DNA of 64,000 bases from Bacteroidales bacterium (GTDB lineage: Bacteria > Bacteroidota > Bacteroidia > Bacteroidales > VadinHA17). This document shows positions 36,601-47,076 of this stretch, piece by piece. Under the pieces are notes generated by a model, which was given only the letters and a program-made list of their open reading frames with translations, ran no database searches and was not told the DNA's origin. Location of the stretch: positions 4,278 through 68,277 of the forward strand of contig JAGNKY010000015.1 of NCBI GenBank assembly GCA_017999895.1, given 5' to 3'. How positions within the stretch are numbered: the first letter of the stretch is position 1; the number at the start of each line of letters is the position of its first letter. A program made the position numbers and the translations under genes.

Positions 36601-37105
36601 CAGGGTTATCCACTCTGCTCCACTGAACCGGTAGAAATGTACTTCCACGATGATGATGTGGAATGTTCCATTCCACTCCACCGGAAATCCATGCTCCTAT
36701 CAACCCTATAAGAGCAGGCTTGATAACACTTTGCTTGTAAATAAAATTATAATTGTTCGTCTTGTCAACTGCAGAAAATATTCGTCCACCAATTTCAGGC
36801 AGTATGCCAATCTTAACATATTCATTTTCAAGATAAACAAGATGATAAGTTTTGTCACTTTTTACATTGGTTAGATTATCGTAGAGAGGATATGGATAAA
36901 TTCTTCCTTCTGCTCCCTGCGACTGTTTCCCAAAAAAGAACATCGGATTAGGATCAGGCGGGCCTGCTATGTAAGTAGGTATCACCTCATCAGCTTCCCA
37001 AATCCTCACAAATGTTTGGGATAATACAATATCAGGCAAAAACAATAAAACAAAACCCGATACTAAAACCGCAACAAAATTTTTATACAGATTATTTTTT
37101 CTCAT
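33674..37105 (-). CDS. Secreted DUF5107-like N-terminal domain + long TPR-repeat protein
   Basis: 1143 aa with a signal peptide and many TPR-like repeats. A Gly-rich tract GVAGGGIAAGGGMGSGGTGSGYTGG lies near the C-terminus. Confidence 0.6.
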   Translation of the reverse strand: MRKNNLYKNFVAVLVSGFVLLFLPDIVLSQTFVRIWEADEVIPTYIAGPPDPNPMFFFGKQSQGAEGRIYPYPLYDNLTNVKSDKTYHLVYLENEYVKIGILPEIGGRIFSAVDKTNNYNFIYKQSVIKPALIGLIGAWISGGVEWNIPHHHRGSTFLPVQWSRVDNPDGSKTVWIGELEIRHRMRWAVGYTLRPGSSILECSVRIVNRTPVANSMLCFANIAVHTNENYQVIFPPRTQWSTGHSKRSFSPWPVVNGLDVSWYKNNLRSASWFAVNYEDDFVAGYDHGKNAGIMSVADHNIVPGKKFFTWGVGSMWDKILTDDDGPYLEIMVGAYSDNQPDYSWMHPYEERAFKIYLYPFRGIEGAKNANHDAAVNLEVKDGKALFGFYTTRSHSNAVVTLKAADKVLLEEKISINPENPYKKEISLPEGIDEHDLRASISAEGSELISYSPVRIIPEPMPMPYTDPKAPADIDNNEELFLAGLRIDQFHHPSLDADPYYLEVLRRDSANVAANTEMGILSLKKARYAEAEKYLNMAIRRLTANHTTPKNAEPFYYLGLALKKQGRLDEAYTAFYKAAWEEEWKSPAYFSLAEIATTRGDFNLALEFIDRAIDGNAYNLRAYVLKSSILRHLNRADEAIKLVAFAQQKCDPLDAHLMAEKWMASKDKNTEKILFETTNSHPAVLQEIAASYYNCGLWSDGLNILQQSILKVPDKSAISPIIYYYMGYFAEKLDDNVRATEYYNQAVLQPPDYVFPFQDELIPILNSAMAINPRDARAPYYLGNLLYDWQPEVSVKLWEKSAELDPGFPITWRNLAIAYSHQNINDSKAKAIACLEKAIAVSKQPYANHLIELDRLYQATNVPVSKRLALFEKYESVVLKSDEALGNMITLKNFAGKAEESIRLLRNRTFSIWEGGQAFNTGQAWADANLILGLQQIKKKKYRDAISSFEAIFEPPENLRAEQRFNTRSYMVAYWKGCAYEALGEKENAKKSWNEVINPEERMLREGVAGGGIAAGGGMGSGGTGSGYTGGRTNITSASLEQLERKYYEALAREKLGFRDGTKEIFDELVSTAREVLKQQEKIDSAASQVNRRQQGRPITAVAHYIAGLGYSGLGDRKKAKEEFTSALSISQDYLNAKIALDQL

Positions 37106-37129
37106 ATAAATTCGGTTAGTTGTTGTAAA

Positions 37130-38014
37130 TTATTTCTTCTTTGATTGATAAATTCTAACATAATCAACCTCGTAGGTTATTGGAAACATAGTATTTGACG
37201 GATCACCGCCGTTGGCTCCAATAGCAAGATTTAAAAGTAAATACTGAGGCTCTTTGAAAGGGTTCCTTCCGTCAGGATTAATTGTTTCACTTAGCATTGT
37301 AGTATTGATTAGAAGGTCGTCGAGATATAATTTAATAAAATCACTATTCCACTCCATTTTCCAGATGTGAAATTTCCTGACCCAGTCGGCATCTTTTGAT
37401 ATAAAGTCAGTTAAAGGTCTTATTTCAGTGTGCCATTTAGCCTGACCTGACTCTCCCATCCATGCTACATTTGCTAAAATAATCGGGATATTATTTCTTC
37501 TATAGAATTCCATAATATCTATTTCTCCGCCAGCTGGCCATCGTCCATTAACTCCAAGTGTCCATATTGCAGGCCATGAACCCATAGCAGTATCTATCCG
37601 CGCACGAATAATAAAGGTACCATAGAGCCATGATTTTTTACCTCTTGTCTGGATACTCGAGGAAGTATAATTTGCGTATTCTCTGTTAAGTTGCCATCTG
37701 TTGCTTCCTTCAATATAGTTGGGATTTTTTACTTTTTCCTTTCGTCCTTCAATCAAAAGAACTCCATTTTTAATAGTTGCATTATCTTTTTGATACCATT
37801 GAAGTTCCTGATTTCTTACAAAGCCCTTCTCATATATCCAGAACGCACTATCGGGTTCCCCGTTTTTATTGAACTCATCATTCCATACCAGTTTCATTCC
37901 TTTAATATTTTCAGGCTTTGTAAAATCAGGATAATAGGGATTATGTTTCTGTGCTAAAGCAATTCCCGATGTCATTATAAAAAACAATACAATAGTATAT
38001 CTTATAAATTTCAT
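37130..38014 (-). CDS. GH16 family glycoside hydrolase (beta-glucanase-like)
   Basis: Signal peptide and the catalytic ExDxxE motif GGEIDIMEF. Confidence 0.85.
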   Translation of the reverse strand: MKFIRYTIVLFFIMTSGIALAQKHNPYYPDFTKPENIKGMKLVWNDEFNKNGEPDSAFWIYEKGFVRNQELQWYQKDNATIKNGVLLIEGRKEKVKNPNYIEGSNRWQLNREYANYTSSSIQTRGKKSWLYGTFIIRARIDTAMGSWPAIWTLGVNGRWPAGGEIDIMEFYRRNNIPIILANVAWMGESGQAKWHTEIRPLTDFISKDADWVRKFHIWKMEWNSDFIKLYLDDLLINTTMLSETINPDGRNPFKEPQYLLLNLAIGANGGDPSNTMFPITYEVDYVRIYQSKKK

Positions 38015-38297
38015 GATTTTTATATTTTATAATAGAAATTTCAATCTCTTTAAAACTTTCCCTGGAAACCACAAAAAATTAAATAAAAGTACATTACCCC
38101 ACGTCTTTTCAATTATTTTTCAGGATCGCCCAAACTGTAATTACTCCGGTTTTTTTAATCTCTATCCAGCATTTTCAGTATTATTCTTTGATCTGATGAA
38201 TTTTGTACATAAAAATGAGGTAACACTATATTATTTACCCGGAAATATCGACATAAAGAAACGAAATACTTTTTAACATTAATAAAAATTGAAAAAA

Positions 38298-39026
38298 TCA
38301 TATCAATGATGCAGAGTCTCGATCTAAATATAAAAAAGCTCTCGGATGTTTGCGTAAGATACTGGCTGGACAGTCGGGCGATATCTCATGATTGATAGTC
38401 ATATATACTGCCCGGGCTTTCCGTTTATCAGGCACACTGCAAATAATAGCCTTCGATTTCATTATTTGTTTAATTGACATACTAATAGCTTGTTTCGGAA
38501 CATCTTCAAGTGTCTTAAACCATCCTTCTCCTACCTGTTGTTTCCGACACTCTTCATTTAAGTTAACAACAATATAGGCTTCTTCAGTTTCGAAATCGGC
38601 AGGAGGATCGTTGAATGCCAGGTGACCATTCTCTCCAATCCCAATAAAGGCTACATCAATAGGATGTTCTGCAATAAGTTTCCCAAGTCGAATACATTCT
38701 TCATGAGGATTATTACTGCTACCGTTTACATAATGAAACGCTTTCAACGGAACCAGATCCGCAAATCTCTCTTTTAAATATTTACGAAAAGAAGCCGGAT
38801 GATTCTCCGATATACCTATATATTCATCCAGGTGAAATGCTGTGACTACTGACCAGTCAATATCTTCCCGAACTAACTCGCTTAACATCTCAAACTGTGA
38901 TGCACCGGTTGCCAGAATAATATTGGCTTCGCCTTTTTCCTGAATAGCTTCGCGAATTAATTCTGCCCCATGATGAGCTGCTTTCTTACCAAGTTCCTGC
39001 TTGGTCTCCGAAATTATTATTTCCAT
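38298..39026 (-). CDS. Glucosamine-6-phosphate deaminase/isomerase (NagB) family protein
   Basis: [16 protein letters not shown] and [15 protein letters not shown]. Confidence 0.75.
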   Translation of the reverse strand: MEIIISETKQELGKKAAHHGAELIREAIQEKGEANIILATGASQFEMLSELVREDIDWSVVTAFHLDEYIGISENHPASFRKYLKERFADLVPLKAFHYVNGSSNNPHEECIRLGKLIAEHPIDVAFIGIGENGHLAFNDPPADFETEEAYIVVNLNEECRKQQVGEGWFKTLEDVPKQAISMSIKQIMKSKAIICSVPDKRKARAVYMTINHEISPDCPASILRKHPRAFLYLDRDSASLI

Positions 39027-39036
39027 AATTTTTTGT

Positions 39037-40362
39037 TTATGTGGTTATTTTATTAATATTCTGCACTGTAACATATTCAAGATTATCATTGAGAGGAGTC
39101 ATCTTAGGCATAAGTAAATGCACAAAGATTAGAATAAAAAGATACGACAATCCCGCAATTATAAATGCCCAGAAATAACCCAGATTACCCGAAGAATCGA
39201 GTACTGTCCCAAGTGCATAATCGGCAACGATAGATGTGGCTACCCCAACCATCTTACCTATTCCTGTTACCGAGGCAACAGCTTTCCTTGGGAAAACATC
39301 CGAAACCAGAGTATAACCGGTAATTGACCACGACTGATGACCCGCTGCAGCCAATCCAATCAAAAATACAGCAATCCATTTGCTTGCAAGCATCGGTACA
39401 AAAGAAACCGGAAGAATAAGAATTGCACAAACCAACATTGTAATTTTCCGAGCACGATTAACCGACCAGCCTTTACCAATCAACGCTCCCGAGGCATAAC
39501 CCCCACCAAGACTTCCTGCATCGGCCATCAAAAAAATTATCAAAAACGGAATCCCAATATTATTTATATCCACCCCAAACTGCTCACCAAGGAACTTCGC
39601 TCCCCAGAACAGGTAAAACCACCACACTGCATCTGTAACTGTGGTCAGTGCAAAAGCCCATGTTTCACGCTTCGGCAATAGCCTCGCCCATGGAATTTTT
39701 TCCGCAGTCTCTTCAATGGAATCACTATTTATATAAGCAAGTTCTTCCTTGCTCAACTTGGGATGATCCTGCGGCCTGTGGTATGTCTTAAGCCAGAGTA
39801 AAACCCAGATGGCACTTAATCCACCGGTAAAAAGAAATGGTATCTGCCAGTTTTTACCATCAACAGATACAATAGCACCAACAATGAAGGGAGCAAGAAT
39901 CGCTCCCACACTTGTTGAAGCATCAAAAATCCCGTTTGCAAAGGCTCTCTCCTTTTTGGGAAACCACTCGGCCACAGTCTTTACTGCAGCCGGAAAATTA
40001 CCTGATTCTCCAATACCCAGACCAAAACGTGCAATAATAAACCCAATCAGACTAAAGGCAGGTCGGATAGCTGCATGAAGCATCCCGAAAATACTCCATG
40101 TTAAAATGGAAATAATGTAACCAATTTTAGTACCCAGCTTGTCTATAATGTTCCCCATAAACAGCAGTCCAATCCCATAAGCTATTTTAAAAGAAATCAT
40201 AATGGATGCATAATCCGTGTTAGTCCATCCAAATAATTTTTGCAAAGTGGGGGCCATCACACCTATGATACTGCGATCAAAATAATTGACTGTCGTGGCA
40301 AAAAATACCAGAGCTAAAATTTTGTAACGATAATGACCTACCTTCTTTCCTGTATCATTCAT
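39037..40362 (-). CDS. MFS transporter (hexuronate/sugar-acid ACS-like)
   Basis: 441 aa, ~12 TM segments, N-terminus [21 protein letters not shown]. Confidence 0.8.
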   Translation of the reverse strand: MNDTGKKVGHYRYKILALVFFATTVNYFDRSIIGVMAPTLQKLFGWTNTDYASIMISFKIAYGIGLLFMGNIIDKLGTKIGYIISILTWSIFGMLHAAIRPAFSLIGFIIARFGLGIGESGNFPAAVKTVAEWFPKKERAFANGIFDASTSVGAILAPFIVGAIVSVDGKNWQIPFLFTGGLSAIWVLLWLKTYHRPQDHPKLSKEELAYINSDSIEETAEKIPWARLLPKRETWAFALTTVTDAVWWFYLFWGAKFLGEQFGVDINNIGIPFLIIFLMADAGSLGGGYASGALIGKGWSVNRARKITMLVCAILILPVSFVPMLASKWIAVFLIGLAAAGHQSWSITGYTLVSDVFPRKAVASVTGIGKMVGVATSIVADYALGTVLDSSGNLGYFWAFIIAGLSYLFILIFVHLLMPKMTPLNDNLEYVTVQNINKITT

Positions 40363-40396
40363 ATCTGGATGCTGTTTAAGCTATTTTACATTATTC

Positions 40397-41644
40397 TTAT
40401 CTTTTCGACTCATATACTAATTTTCCTGCAACATAAGTCTTTTGTATTTCTATATCCTTCTCACCAGGCGTAAAAAGAATAATGTCAGCACGATTACCAG
40501 GCTTTAATTCTCCCAGATAGTTCAATCCAAGTAACTTTGCCGGATTCGAACTGGCCATCCTGATAGCATCGGCCAGGCTGCATCCCGTGAACCGCATTAT
40601 ATTTATAACACCTTTCGAAACAGGGGATGCGGCTCCGGCCAATACATTTTCCGCAGGGAATTTAACAACATCAGGAGTCAAAATTACTTTACGTTCCCCT
40701 CTAATATACTCTCCCGGCTCCAGCCCTGCCAGATCAAGAGCATCAGAAACTAAAATAGTATGCTCACTGCCTTTAATCTTGTAAAAACATCTGATCTCAT
40801 CTGAATTTAAGTGAAACCCGTCGGCAATAATGCTTATAAAAAGCAAATCGTTCGACAACTGAGGCCAGAGCGGATTGTCGTGACGGTTTATTTCATTAGC
40901 ACAACCGTTGCCCAGGTGTGTTGACAACCTTGCACCTGCATACGTCGCCGACTTAATTGTCTCCGAATTCCCATTATGATGCCCCAGTGAAACAACCACA
41001 CCTGTTTCAACACATCTTTGAATAAACGGTATTGCCCCCTCAATCTCCGGAGCAAGAGTAATCAGTTTTATATGCTCTTTAGATGCCTTCTGAAATTCCT
41101 GAAACTCTCCCCAATCAGGCCTCCGGATATATTTCTCAAGATGAGCCCCGCGATAACCAGGTTCTGGAGAAATATAAGGCCCTTCAAGATGAAGCCCTGG
41201 AATAGACCGCGAAATTACAGAATCATCCAGAACTTGAGCAAATATCCTGAAACTCCTTAACAATTGCTCATGGCTGGCTGTAATCAAAGTAGGCAAAAAA
41301 GTTGTAACCCCATGCTCCTGAAGTGCTCCAATTGCCTTTATAATATCTTTTTTACTTAGCGCGGGGTCAGAAAAATCAACCCCCATAAAACCATTTACCT
41401 GAATATCAATAAGACCAGGAGCAATGTAAACCGTCTTACTTTCATCGGTTAGTCTCTCAACGGAGGTAATACTTACAATTTTATCACCCTTTATCTCTAC
41501 TGAAACCGGCGTTCTGTCAATGTAATGTAAACCTTCAATCCTTGTCTGCCCTGATAAAGTGTTTACGAATAAAAAAGTAAAACCTGAGAACAATACCTGC
41601 TTGATTAACATCTTTAGGAATTTTTTATCTTGATTAACATTCAT
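40397..41644 (-). CDS. NagA-like amidohydrolase (N-acetylglucosamine-6-phosphate deacetylase family) with an N-terminal signal-like segment
   Basis: APGLIDIQVNGFMGVDF matches the E. coli NagA-type QxN variant of the metal motif. The N-terminus KMLIKQVLFSGFTFLFVNTLSGQ looks like a Sec signal. Confidence 0.65.
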   Translation of the reverse strand: MNVNQDKKFLKMLIKQVLFSGFTFLFVNTLSGQTRIEGLHYIDRTPVSVEIKGDKIVSITSVERLTDESKTVYIAPGLIDIQVNGFMGVDFSDPALSKKDIIKAIGALQEHGVTTFLPTLITASHEQLLRSFRIFAQVLDDSVISRSIPGLHLEGPYISPEPGYRGAHLEKYIRRPDWGEFQEFQKASKEHIKLITLAPEIEGAIPFIQRCVETGVVVSLGHHNGNSETIKSATYAGARLSTHLGNGCANEINRHDNPLWPQLSNDLLFISIIADGFHLNSDEIRCFYKIKGSEHTILVSDALDLAGLEPGEYIRGERKVILTPDVVKFPAENVLAGAASPVSKGVINIMRFTGCSLADAIRMASSNPAKLLGLNYLGELKPGNRADIILFTPGEKDIEIQKTYVAGKLVYESKR

Positions 41645-41675
41645 TGTTTGAAAATATTATCAAAAATTAAATTAA

Positions 41676-43901
41676 TCAATTAATCCAATCTCCATAAAGA
41701 TCAAATGGTTTATCTTTTAACTCTCCTATCAATATACGAAGCTGGCTTTCTGCTTTATTTTCTTTATAAACGTATTCAATAAAATCAACTTCACGTTTAA
41801 TACTATCAATATCATTTGTTTTACCGCTCCCGTCCGTTACTCCTGCCATTAATAATTTAACTGGTGCGAGACTTACCGCAAGGTCAGGCAGGTCATATTC
41901 CTTAATAGCTCCAGGAACCACTCCATATATAAACGATGATTTATAAAACCTGTTCATAACTATTGAACTATACGAACAATAAGGTTTAATAAGAGCCACT
42001 TTTGTAAATGTTCTGCTTAAGGCTGCGGCATGCAATAATACGGGTGCCATTTCTTTAACAGCCACACCGTATATCTCGTTAACCATTCTATTATTTTTCA
42101 GGATATTTACAAGTTTTACAACATCTCCGGCTCTTATACCAACTATGCTTCTACCGATAAGAATTGAAGCATACCATATATTATGGGGAATATTTTCAAT
42201 ATTGGCATCACCGCGAAAGATACCCGGTCCAAGTTCTCCAATACCAATCAGATCAGGGGAGAGAACTGTAAATCCGTTTCTCACAAACCATTCCATTTCA
42301 CCTCCGGCTGATGCTTCCGCTGCTTTACCTTCAGGGTGCAAATAAATTATTGCCTTATTATTAGATTTTGAAGGAACCATAAGTAAATAAGGAATGACAT
42401 AGTCACCTTCTCCTTTTATAAAATATTTCTCAATAGCATAACTTTCCTTTTGAAAACGGCCTGTAAAAACAGGCTCATCGTTCACTGAAGGTTCCTGATA
42501 ACCAGAAAGTCTTTTAGCTGAACTCAATACCTTCGAAATATGAGTTGAAAGGTCATTTCTTGAATCCTGTAAAGTACTGATTAGTTTTTCTCCTTCCTTC
42601 CGGTTCAGACTGAAAACAGTTTCTCCTCCATACGATGTTGAAATCTGACCTGTAGTTGTTACTTTCATTTCTTCGGCAGTCAGAGTTTTTACTTTTTCAT
42701 CTATCGAACTTCCGGGATTATTAAGATGTTTCTGGAAAAATGCATACATAGCTTCCCTGTTCTTCATGGTTGATGCATGAGGGTAATCATCCTCAACTCT
42801 GCTGAAGTTATCCTCTTTACCATAAGCCTTATAGATGCGCGATACTTCTTTTTCAGTTTCCATTGCTCCCTGGATGCTAAACATGTCCCTTGTAGTTGTA
42901 ATCATCAATGCAGGTTTCGGTGCTCTAACAAGCAATAAATCCGGATGGTCTATACCTCTGATAATCCCATTAAAAAAGTTCTGTTCCGCGTCTTGATTTC
43001 CAATAGACTCAAGTAATCTCTTAAAATTTGTTATATAACACTCAGGGGCAGCAGCATAAATACGATTGTCCATCGCAGCAATATAAGCAGATTGCGTTCC
43101 ACCACCTGAACGACCAGTTATGCCTATTCTTGTTGAATCAACCTCTTTTCGTGTAAGGAGATAATCAACCGCTCTGATACCATCCCAGATCATATATCGA
43201 GCTAATGAACTTCCTGTGATAAACGTTTGTGAACCGGGATAAGAATGTTCCAATGTTGGGCCGCCAACAGTAGATTTTTTTGCTTGTGGATCGTAATATT
43301 GCAATCTCTCTCCCTGCCCCACAGGATCGAATGCAAACACAATAAATCCCTTTTTTACCAGATTGAGAATTACATGCTGGTATGCACTGCTACGATACCC
43401 CTCAGCGCTGTGACCGCTGCAATATAATATAGCCGGAAGCTTGGTTCTTTTTTTTAACCAGGTGGGAATAAACAATGAAGAGGTAACATAAAATCCAGGT
43501 TGAGACTCGTATATTACATGCTCAACGCGAAAACTGTCCTTCTCAATTATCCTTGTAATTTTTGCATTTAGAGGTGTTTTCTCTGGAAATGGCCCTACTA
43601 TATCCAATAAGGTTTTTTGTATCCATTGTTGTCTTTGTTGCCATTCTGACAATGAACTTATACCTGCAATTTTATTATTACGTTCATCAAGAAATTCGTA
43701 TGCACTTGCAGTAATGTAATGATATAGTGAATTTGGAGCGTCGCTGTATAACAACCATTTATTCCGGATAACATCCAGATCGTCTTTTGCCACCTGAGAA
43801 TTTATTTTTTCTCCGGTTAAAAAAGTAACCAACAATGGCAGAAACATAATTTTTATGAGATGAATTCTGTTCTCAATCTCTCTGAATATCAGATTCTTCA
43901 T
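41676..43901 (-). CDS. Large alpha/beta-hydrolase (acetyl-xylan-esterase/dienelactone-hydrolase-like)
   Basis: 741 aa with the nucleophile elbow GITGRSGGG and a signal-like N-terminus. Confidence 0.65.
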   Translation of the reverse strand: MKNLIFREIENRIHLIKIMFLPLLVTFLTGEKINSQVAKDDLDVIRNKWLLYSDAPNSLYHYITASAYEFLDERNNKIAGISSLSEWQQRQQWIQKTLLDIVGPFPEKTPLNAKITRIIEKDSFRVEHVIYESQPGFYVTSSLFIPTWLKKRTKLPAILYCSGHSAEGYRSSAYQHVILNLVKKGFIVFAFDPVGQGERLQYYDPQAKKSTVGGPTLEHSYPGSQTFITGSSLARYMIWDGIRAVDYLLTRKEVDSTRIGITGRSGGGTQSAYIAAMDNRIYAAAPECYITNFKRLLESIGNQDAEQNFFNGIIRGIDHPDLLLVRAPKPALMITTTRDMFSIQGAMETEKEVSRIYKAYGKEDNFSRVEDDYPHASTMKNREAMYAFFQKHLNNPGSSIDEKVKTLTAEEMKVTTTGQISTSYGGETVFSLNRKEGEKLISTLQDSRNDLSTHISKVLSSAKRLSGYQEPSVNDEPVFTGRFQKESYAIEKYFIKGEGDYVIPYLLMVPSKSNNKAIIYLHPEGKAAEASAGGEMEWFVRNGFTVLSPDLIGIGELGPGIFRGDANIENIPHNIWYASILIGRSIVGIRAGDVVKLVNILKNNRMVNEIYGVAVKEMAPVLLHAAALSRTFTKVALIKPYCSYSSIVMNRFYKSSFIYGVVPGAIKEYDLPDLAVSLAPVKLLMAGVTDGSGKTNDIDSIKREVDFIEYVYKENKAESQLRILIGELKDKPFDLYGDWIN

Positions 43902-44130
43902 TTTGATTGGTTTTAATTCATGTTTTTAATTTTCTGATTTACTCGTGCAGAAACTAAAGCATGAGTTCTATCTTCAATTGCAGAACTTATTGCCAATCTG
44001 CCTATAGTCATTCTATCTGTATCGCTAACACTTTCCTTAATAATTCTGTTGTTTTTGTTATATTAAAAGAATTTGAATTTCAAGTATATGAATTAATTTT
44101 TGTTTATATAACAATCTAATATTGATTCTA

Positions 44131-45201
44131 TTAGTATTTTCCAGCAAATTCTTCTGATAGAAAATTTATCTCTTCATCAGTAAGGTGAGAACCAGAATGA
44201 ACTACAACTCTATACTTTAATGTTATAGATTGATGTGGAAGGATAGTATAATTAAGAACCACTTTACCGTTAGTAAAATCTCTGGCCCCAAAAGGATTTA
44301 GACAAAACAATCCATATCCGCGAGCGTGCCAATAAGTCGGATAACTAACATTCCCTGGATGATCAAACATAACAATTGATATTTTCTCCTCACCTATATT
44401 TCCGTAAAGATCCATCCATTTTGCTCTTGTACCCCATACAGCCTCGCCAGTTACTCCTTCGCTACTTCTATAGTTTCCGGTTACTCCTTCGGTTGTTACC
44501 ACTAATTCAGATGATGGATTTCCCTGGGCATCTGTCATAGTGCGAGGCTCCTTAGACGGTAACTCAAGCTGACGTGCTACGCGCATGCCAAACATTCCTT
44601 CCTTTGTATCATGAAAAACAACAGGCTCTTCTTTAGCAGTCAGAGTAGTTATTCTGTCTATTATCCATGATGTTCCTTTTGCACTAAAATGATACTCAGT
44701 CCTTTCTGACAAAAGTTCTCTTTTCTCTAAACCAACCATCCAGCTTTCGTTTGAAATGATAACCCCCTCATCTTTGCCTCCTTCAATTTTTTCAAAACTC
44801 AAATGCTTGATTTGCCCACTAGTAGCAATGCTCGCTCTTGCACTGGCAGAGGTGTCAGCTGGATCTCCTGGACCCATATTACCCCAGAAATTATAACCAT
44901 TAACATCTCCATAATTAAGCCATAGCCCGGTATGATGAGGATGATCGGTAGTTTCAAAAGGTCTGGGCTTTATCGGATAACCTCGTGTGACCGTTGTACC
45001 TTTTGAAGTGTTTATTGGAAAAAGAATAGGTTTCATAATATTATCAGGCCAATAGTAACTTGTAAAGTACTTGCCGTCAATCATTACATCAACCATCCTT
45101 TCAGATTCTTTGTTAATAAATGTGACCTGAGGCTTTTTACTACAAGATCCTGTCAAAAAAAGAATTATTAACAGGGTCCCATAAATTGATCTTAGTTTCA
45201 T
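44131..45201 (-). CDS. DUF6807 (PmoA-like) family lipoprotein
   Basis: Lipobox LFLTGSCS and the motif HPHHTGLWLNYGDVNGYNFW. Confidence 0.6.
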   Translation of the reverse strand: MKLRSIYGTLLIILFLTGSCSKKPQVTFINKESERMVDVMIDGKYFTSYYWPDNIMKPILFPINTSKGTTVTRGYPIKPRPFETTDHPHHTGLWLNYGDVNGYNFWGNMGPGDPADTSASARASIATSGQIKHLSFEKIEGGKDEGVIISNESWMVGLEKRELLSERTEYHFSAKGTSWIIDRITTLTAKEEPVVFHDTKEGMFGMRVARQLELPSKEPRTMTDAQGNPSSELVVTTEGVTGNYRSSEGVTGEAVWGTRAKWMDLYGNIGEEKISIVMFDHPGNVSYPTYWHARGYGLFCLNPFGARDFTNGKVVLNYTILPHQSITLKYRVVVHSGSHLTDEEINFLSEEFAGKY

Positions 45202-45432
45202 AAATTTATATTTTACTTTTTAACTGGAATAGTGGTATATAATTGAATTGAAATTTACATCAATCCTTAAAAAGTCAGAATTTCAATATTTTATAAAAAT
45301 TAAAAAGTCTGTAAATAAAAAATTCAAGGGAAATTTACTGAAAACCTTGCAAATTATAAAAAATAACTTATTAACATTGGTGGTTAATAATCAATAATTT
45401 AATATGTTTTAAATAAAAGACTAATTAATATG

Positions 45433-47025
45433 CTATGCTTCTTCAACTACTTTCCAATTCATAGCATCAGCAAAAGCATATACCTGCTCCTTCAAATCAC
45501 CATAAAATGTTACTCGATGCCATCCCCAATCCCCCCAGTATCTGAATAACTTTTCAATATCACCCTTAGGCTCCCCACAAAGTTTCGTCCTGCATGCTCG
45601 GTCATCAGGATCATTACCAACAGCCTTCGCCTGATGAAATAAAATCTCCTTTCTGTTCTGGTTTATTTGAAGCGTTGTGGTCATGTAATCAACCGGTAAT
45701 ATAGACCTAACTGAAGCACCTTGCCTGTCTTCCGAATGTGTCATTATCTCAAATGGATTTTCCGGACCATCCGGACCAAATACCTTATTGGATGCAACAC
45801 AATGCGCATAAATTATTTGCCGCTTAGATGTGTCAATAACAGGATCAGAAATATATCCAGGCCTACCTTGTGTCATGGTCGTAAATGCTACCATCGTTGC
45901 TGTGGAACGAATATCACATTCACATGCTCCTACTAATCCCTCATTGTTTAATTCATGAAAACCAAGACATGGATATGCCTGAATTTGATTGCTATAAAAA
46001 CCTCCAAGACAATTTATTGTTATGGCATTCGCTTTATGATTCTTTAAAACACTCTTCATCGCTAAGTACATTGCTGCTGAATCCTGCAGAATATTAAATT
46101 GTACGCCTATAACTCTATTCGCACTTTTTTGCCACCTCTCTGCAATGACCGTTGCCTCATGCTTGTCAGCAGTTTCCCATGCATAATTAAGTTCAGCAAA
46201 TGAAATATAATCCAGAGGAATCTCCATAATTGGATCAGCACACATTGAAACCTGGTCACGCAGAGCCAGTATTTTAGATTCTCTCATCCTTCTTATAGTT
46301 TCATCAGGTGATAAAGTCTTAAACCTATCTTCCCTGCAAGAAAGATTCCCGGGTGCAGGAGTGGATTTTATACGAGCAAGAGCCGTAGCCGTAACAAAAT
46401 CATTTACCGAACCCCCCCTCTCTATAACTTCAAAACACTTAACAGCCGATATCAAATCCTCAACTCGCGATGATGAAACAAAACCAACATTCTTGCTTTG
46501 TTCCTTTAAAAAATTCGCAGTATATGACAGAAATCCACCACTACCACCATATTTGAAATCAACATAAATTACAGGCTTGCCTGATTTTGCTATTGTTTGA
46601 ACAACACGATTCCAGCAATTCAATTGAAATACTATATAACCCGATATATTTTCTTCTTTATCCTGTAAAAGAATTTTTTCAGCCTCAGGCTGACCTGCCG
46701 CTAAAGTCGGAAGAAATTCAAATCTTGGGAAATTCTTAGTTAATATAGAATTATAATTTTCCATTACTGGCCCAAAATTATATGCAATATTTGGCCAATC
46801 AGCAGTAGGTTGAACTACATCATGCAATGAATAAATAACTCTAATACGAAATTTGCTCTTAGCTGTTGGAATAATTAATGAATTATCAGCCCGATTTGGT
46901 TCTTTTGCTATTGATGCAAAAGGTGAAATTGCAATACATGCACCACACGCAGCACATGTGGAGAGAAATTTCCTCCTGGATGTACTGTTTGATTTTGCTT
47001 TAAAATTATCTCTATTCGAGTTCAT
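45433..47025 (-). CDS. Tat-signal protein of unknown function (paralog of 47077-48651)
   Basis: Twin-arginine motif SRRKFLSTCAA. Shares AITINCLGG...GACECD with the neighbouring gene. Confidence 0.7.
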   Translation of the reverse strand: MNSNRDNFKAKSNSTSRRKFLSTCAACGACIAISPFASIAKEPNRADNSLIIPTAKSKFRIRVIYSLHDVVQPTADWPNIAYNFGPVMENYNSILTKNFPRFEFLPTLAAGQPEAEKILLQDKEENISGYIVFQLNCWNRVVQTIAKSGKPVIYVDFKYGGSGGFLSYTANFLKEQSKNVGFVSSSRVEDLISAVKCFEVIERGGSVNDFVTATALARIKSTPAPGNLSCREDRFKTLSPDETIRRMRESKILALRDQVSMCADPIMEIPLDYISFAELNYAWETADKHEATVIAERWQKSANRVIGVQFNILQDSAAMYLAMKSVLKNHKANAITINCLGGFYSNQIQAYPCLGFHELNNEGLVGACECDIRSTATMVAFTTMTQGRPGYISDPVIDTSKRQIIYAHCVASNKVFGPDGPENPFEIMTHSEDRQGASVRSILPVDYMTTTLQINQNRKEILFHQAKAVGNDPDDRACRTKLCGEPKGDIEKLFRYWGDWGWHRVTFYGDLKEQVYAFADAMNWKVVEEA

Positions 47026-47076
47026 AATAACTACTTTATTTAGAATGTATTAAGAAAACACAAAAATTGATAAAAA

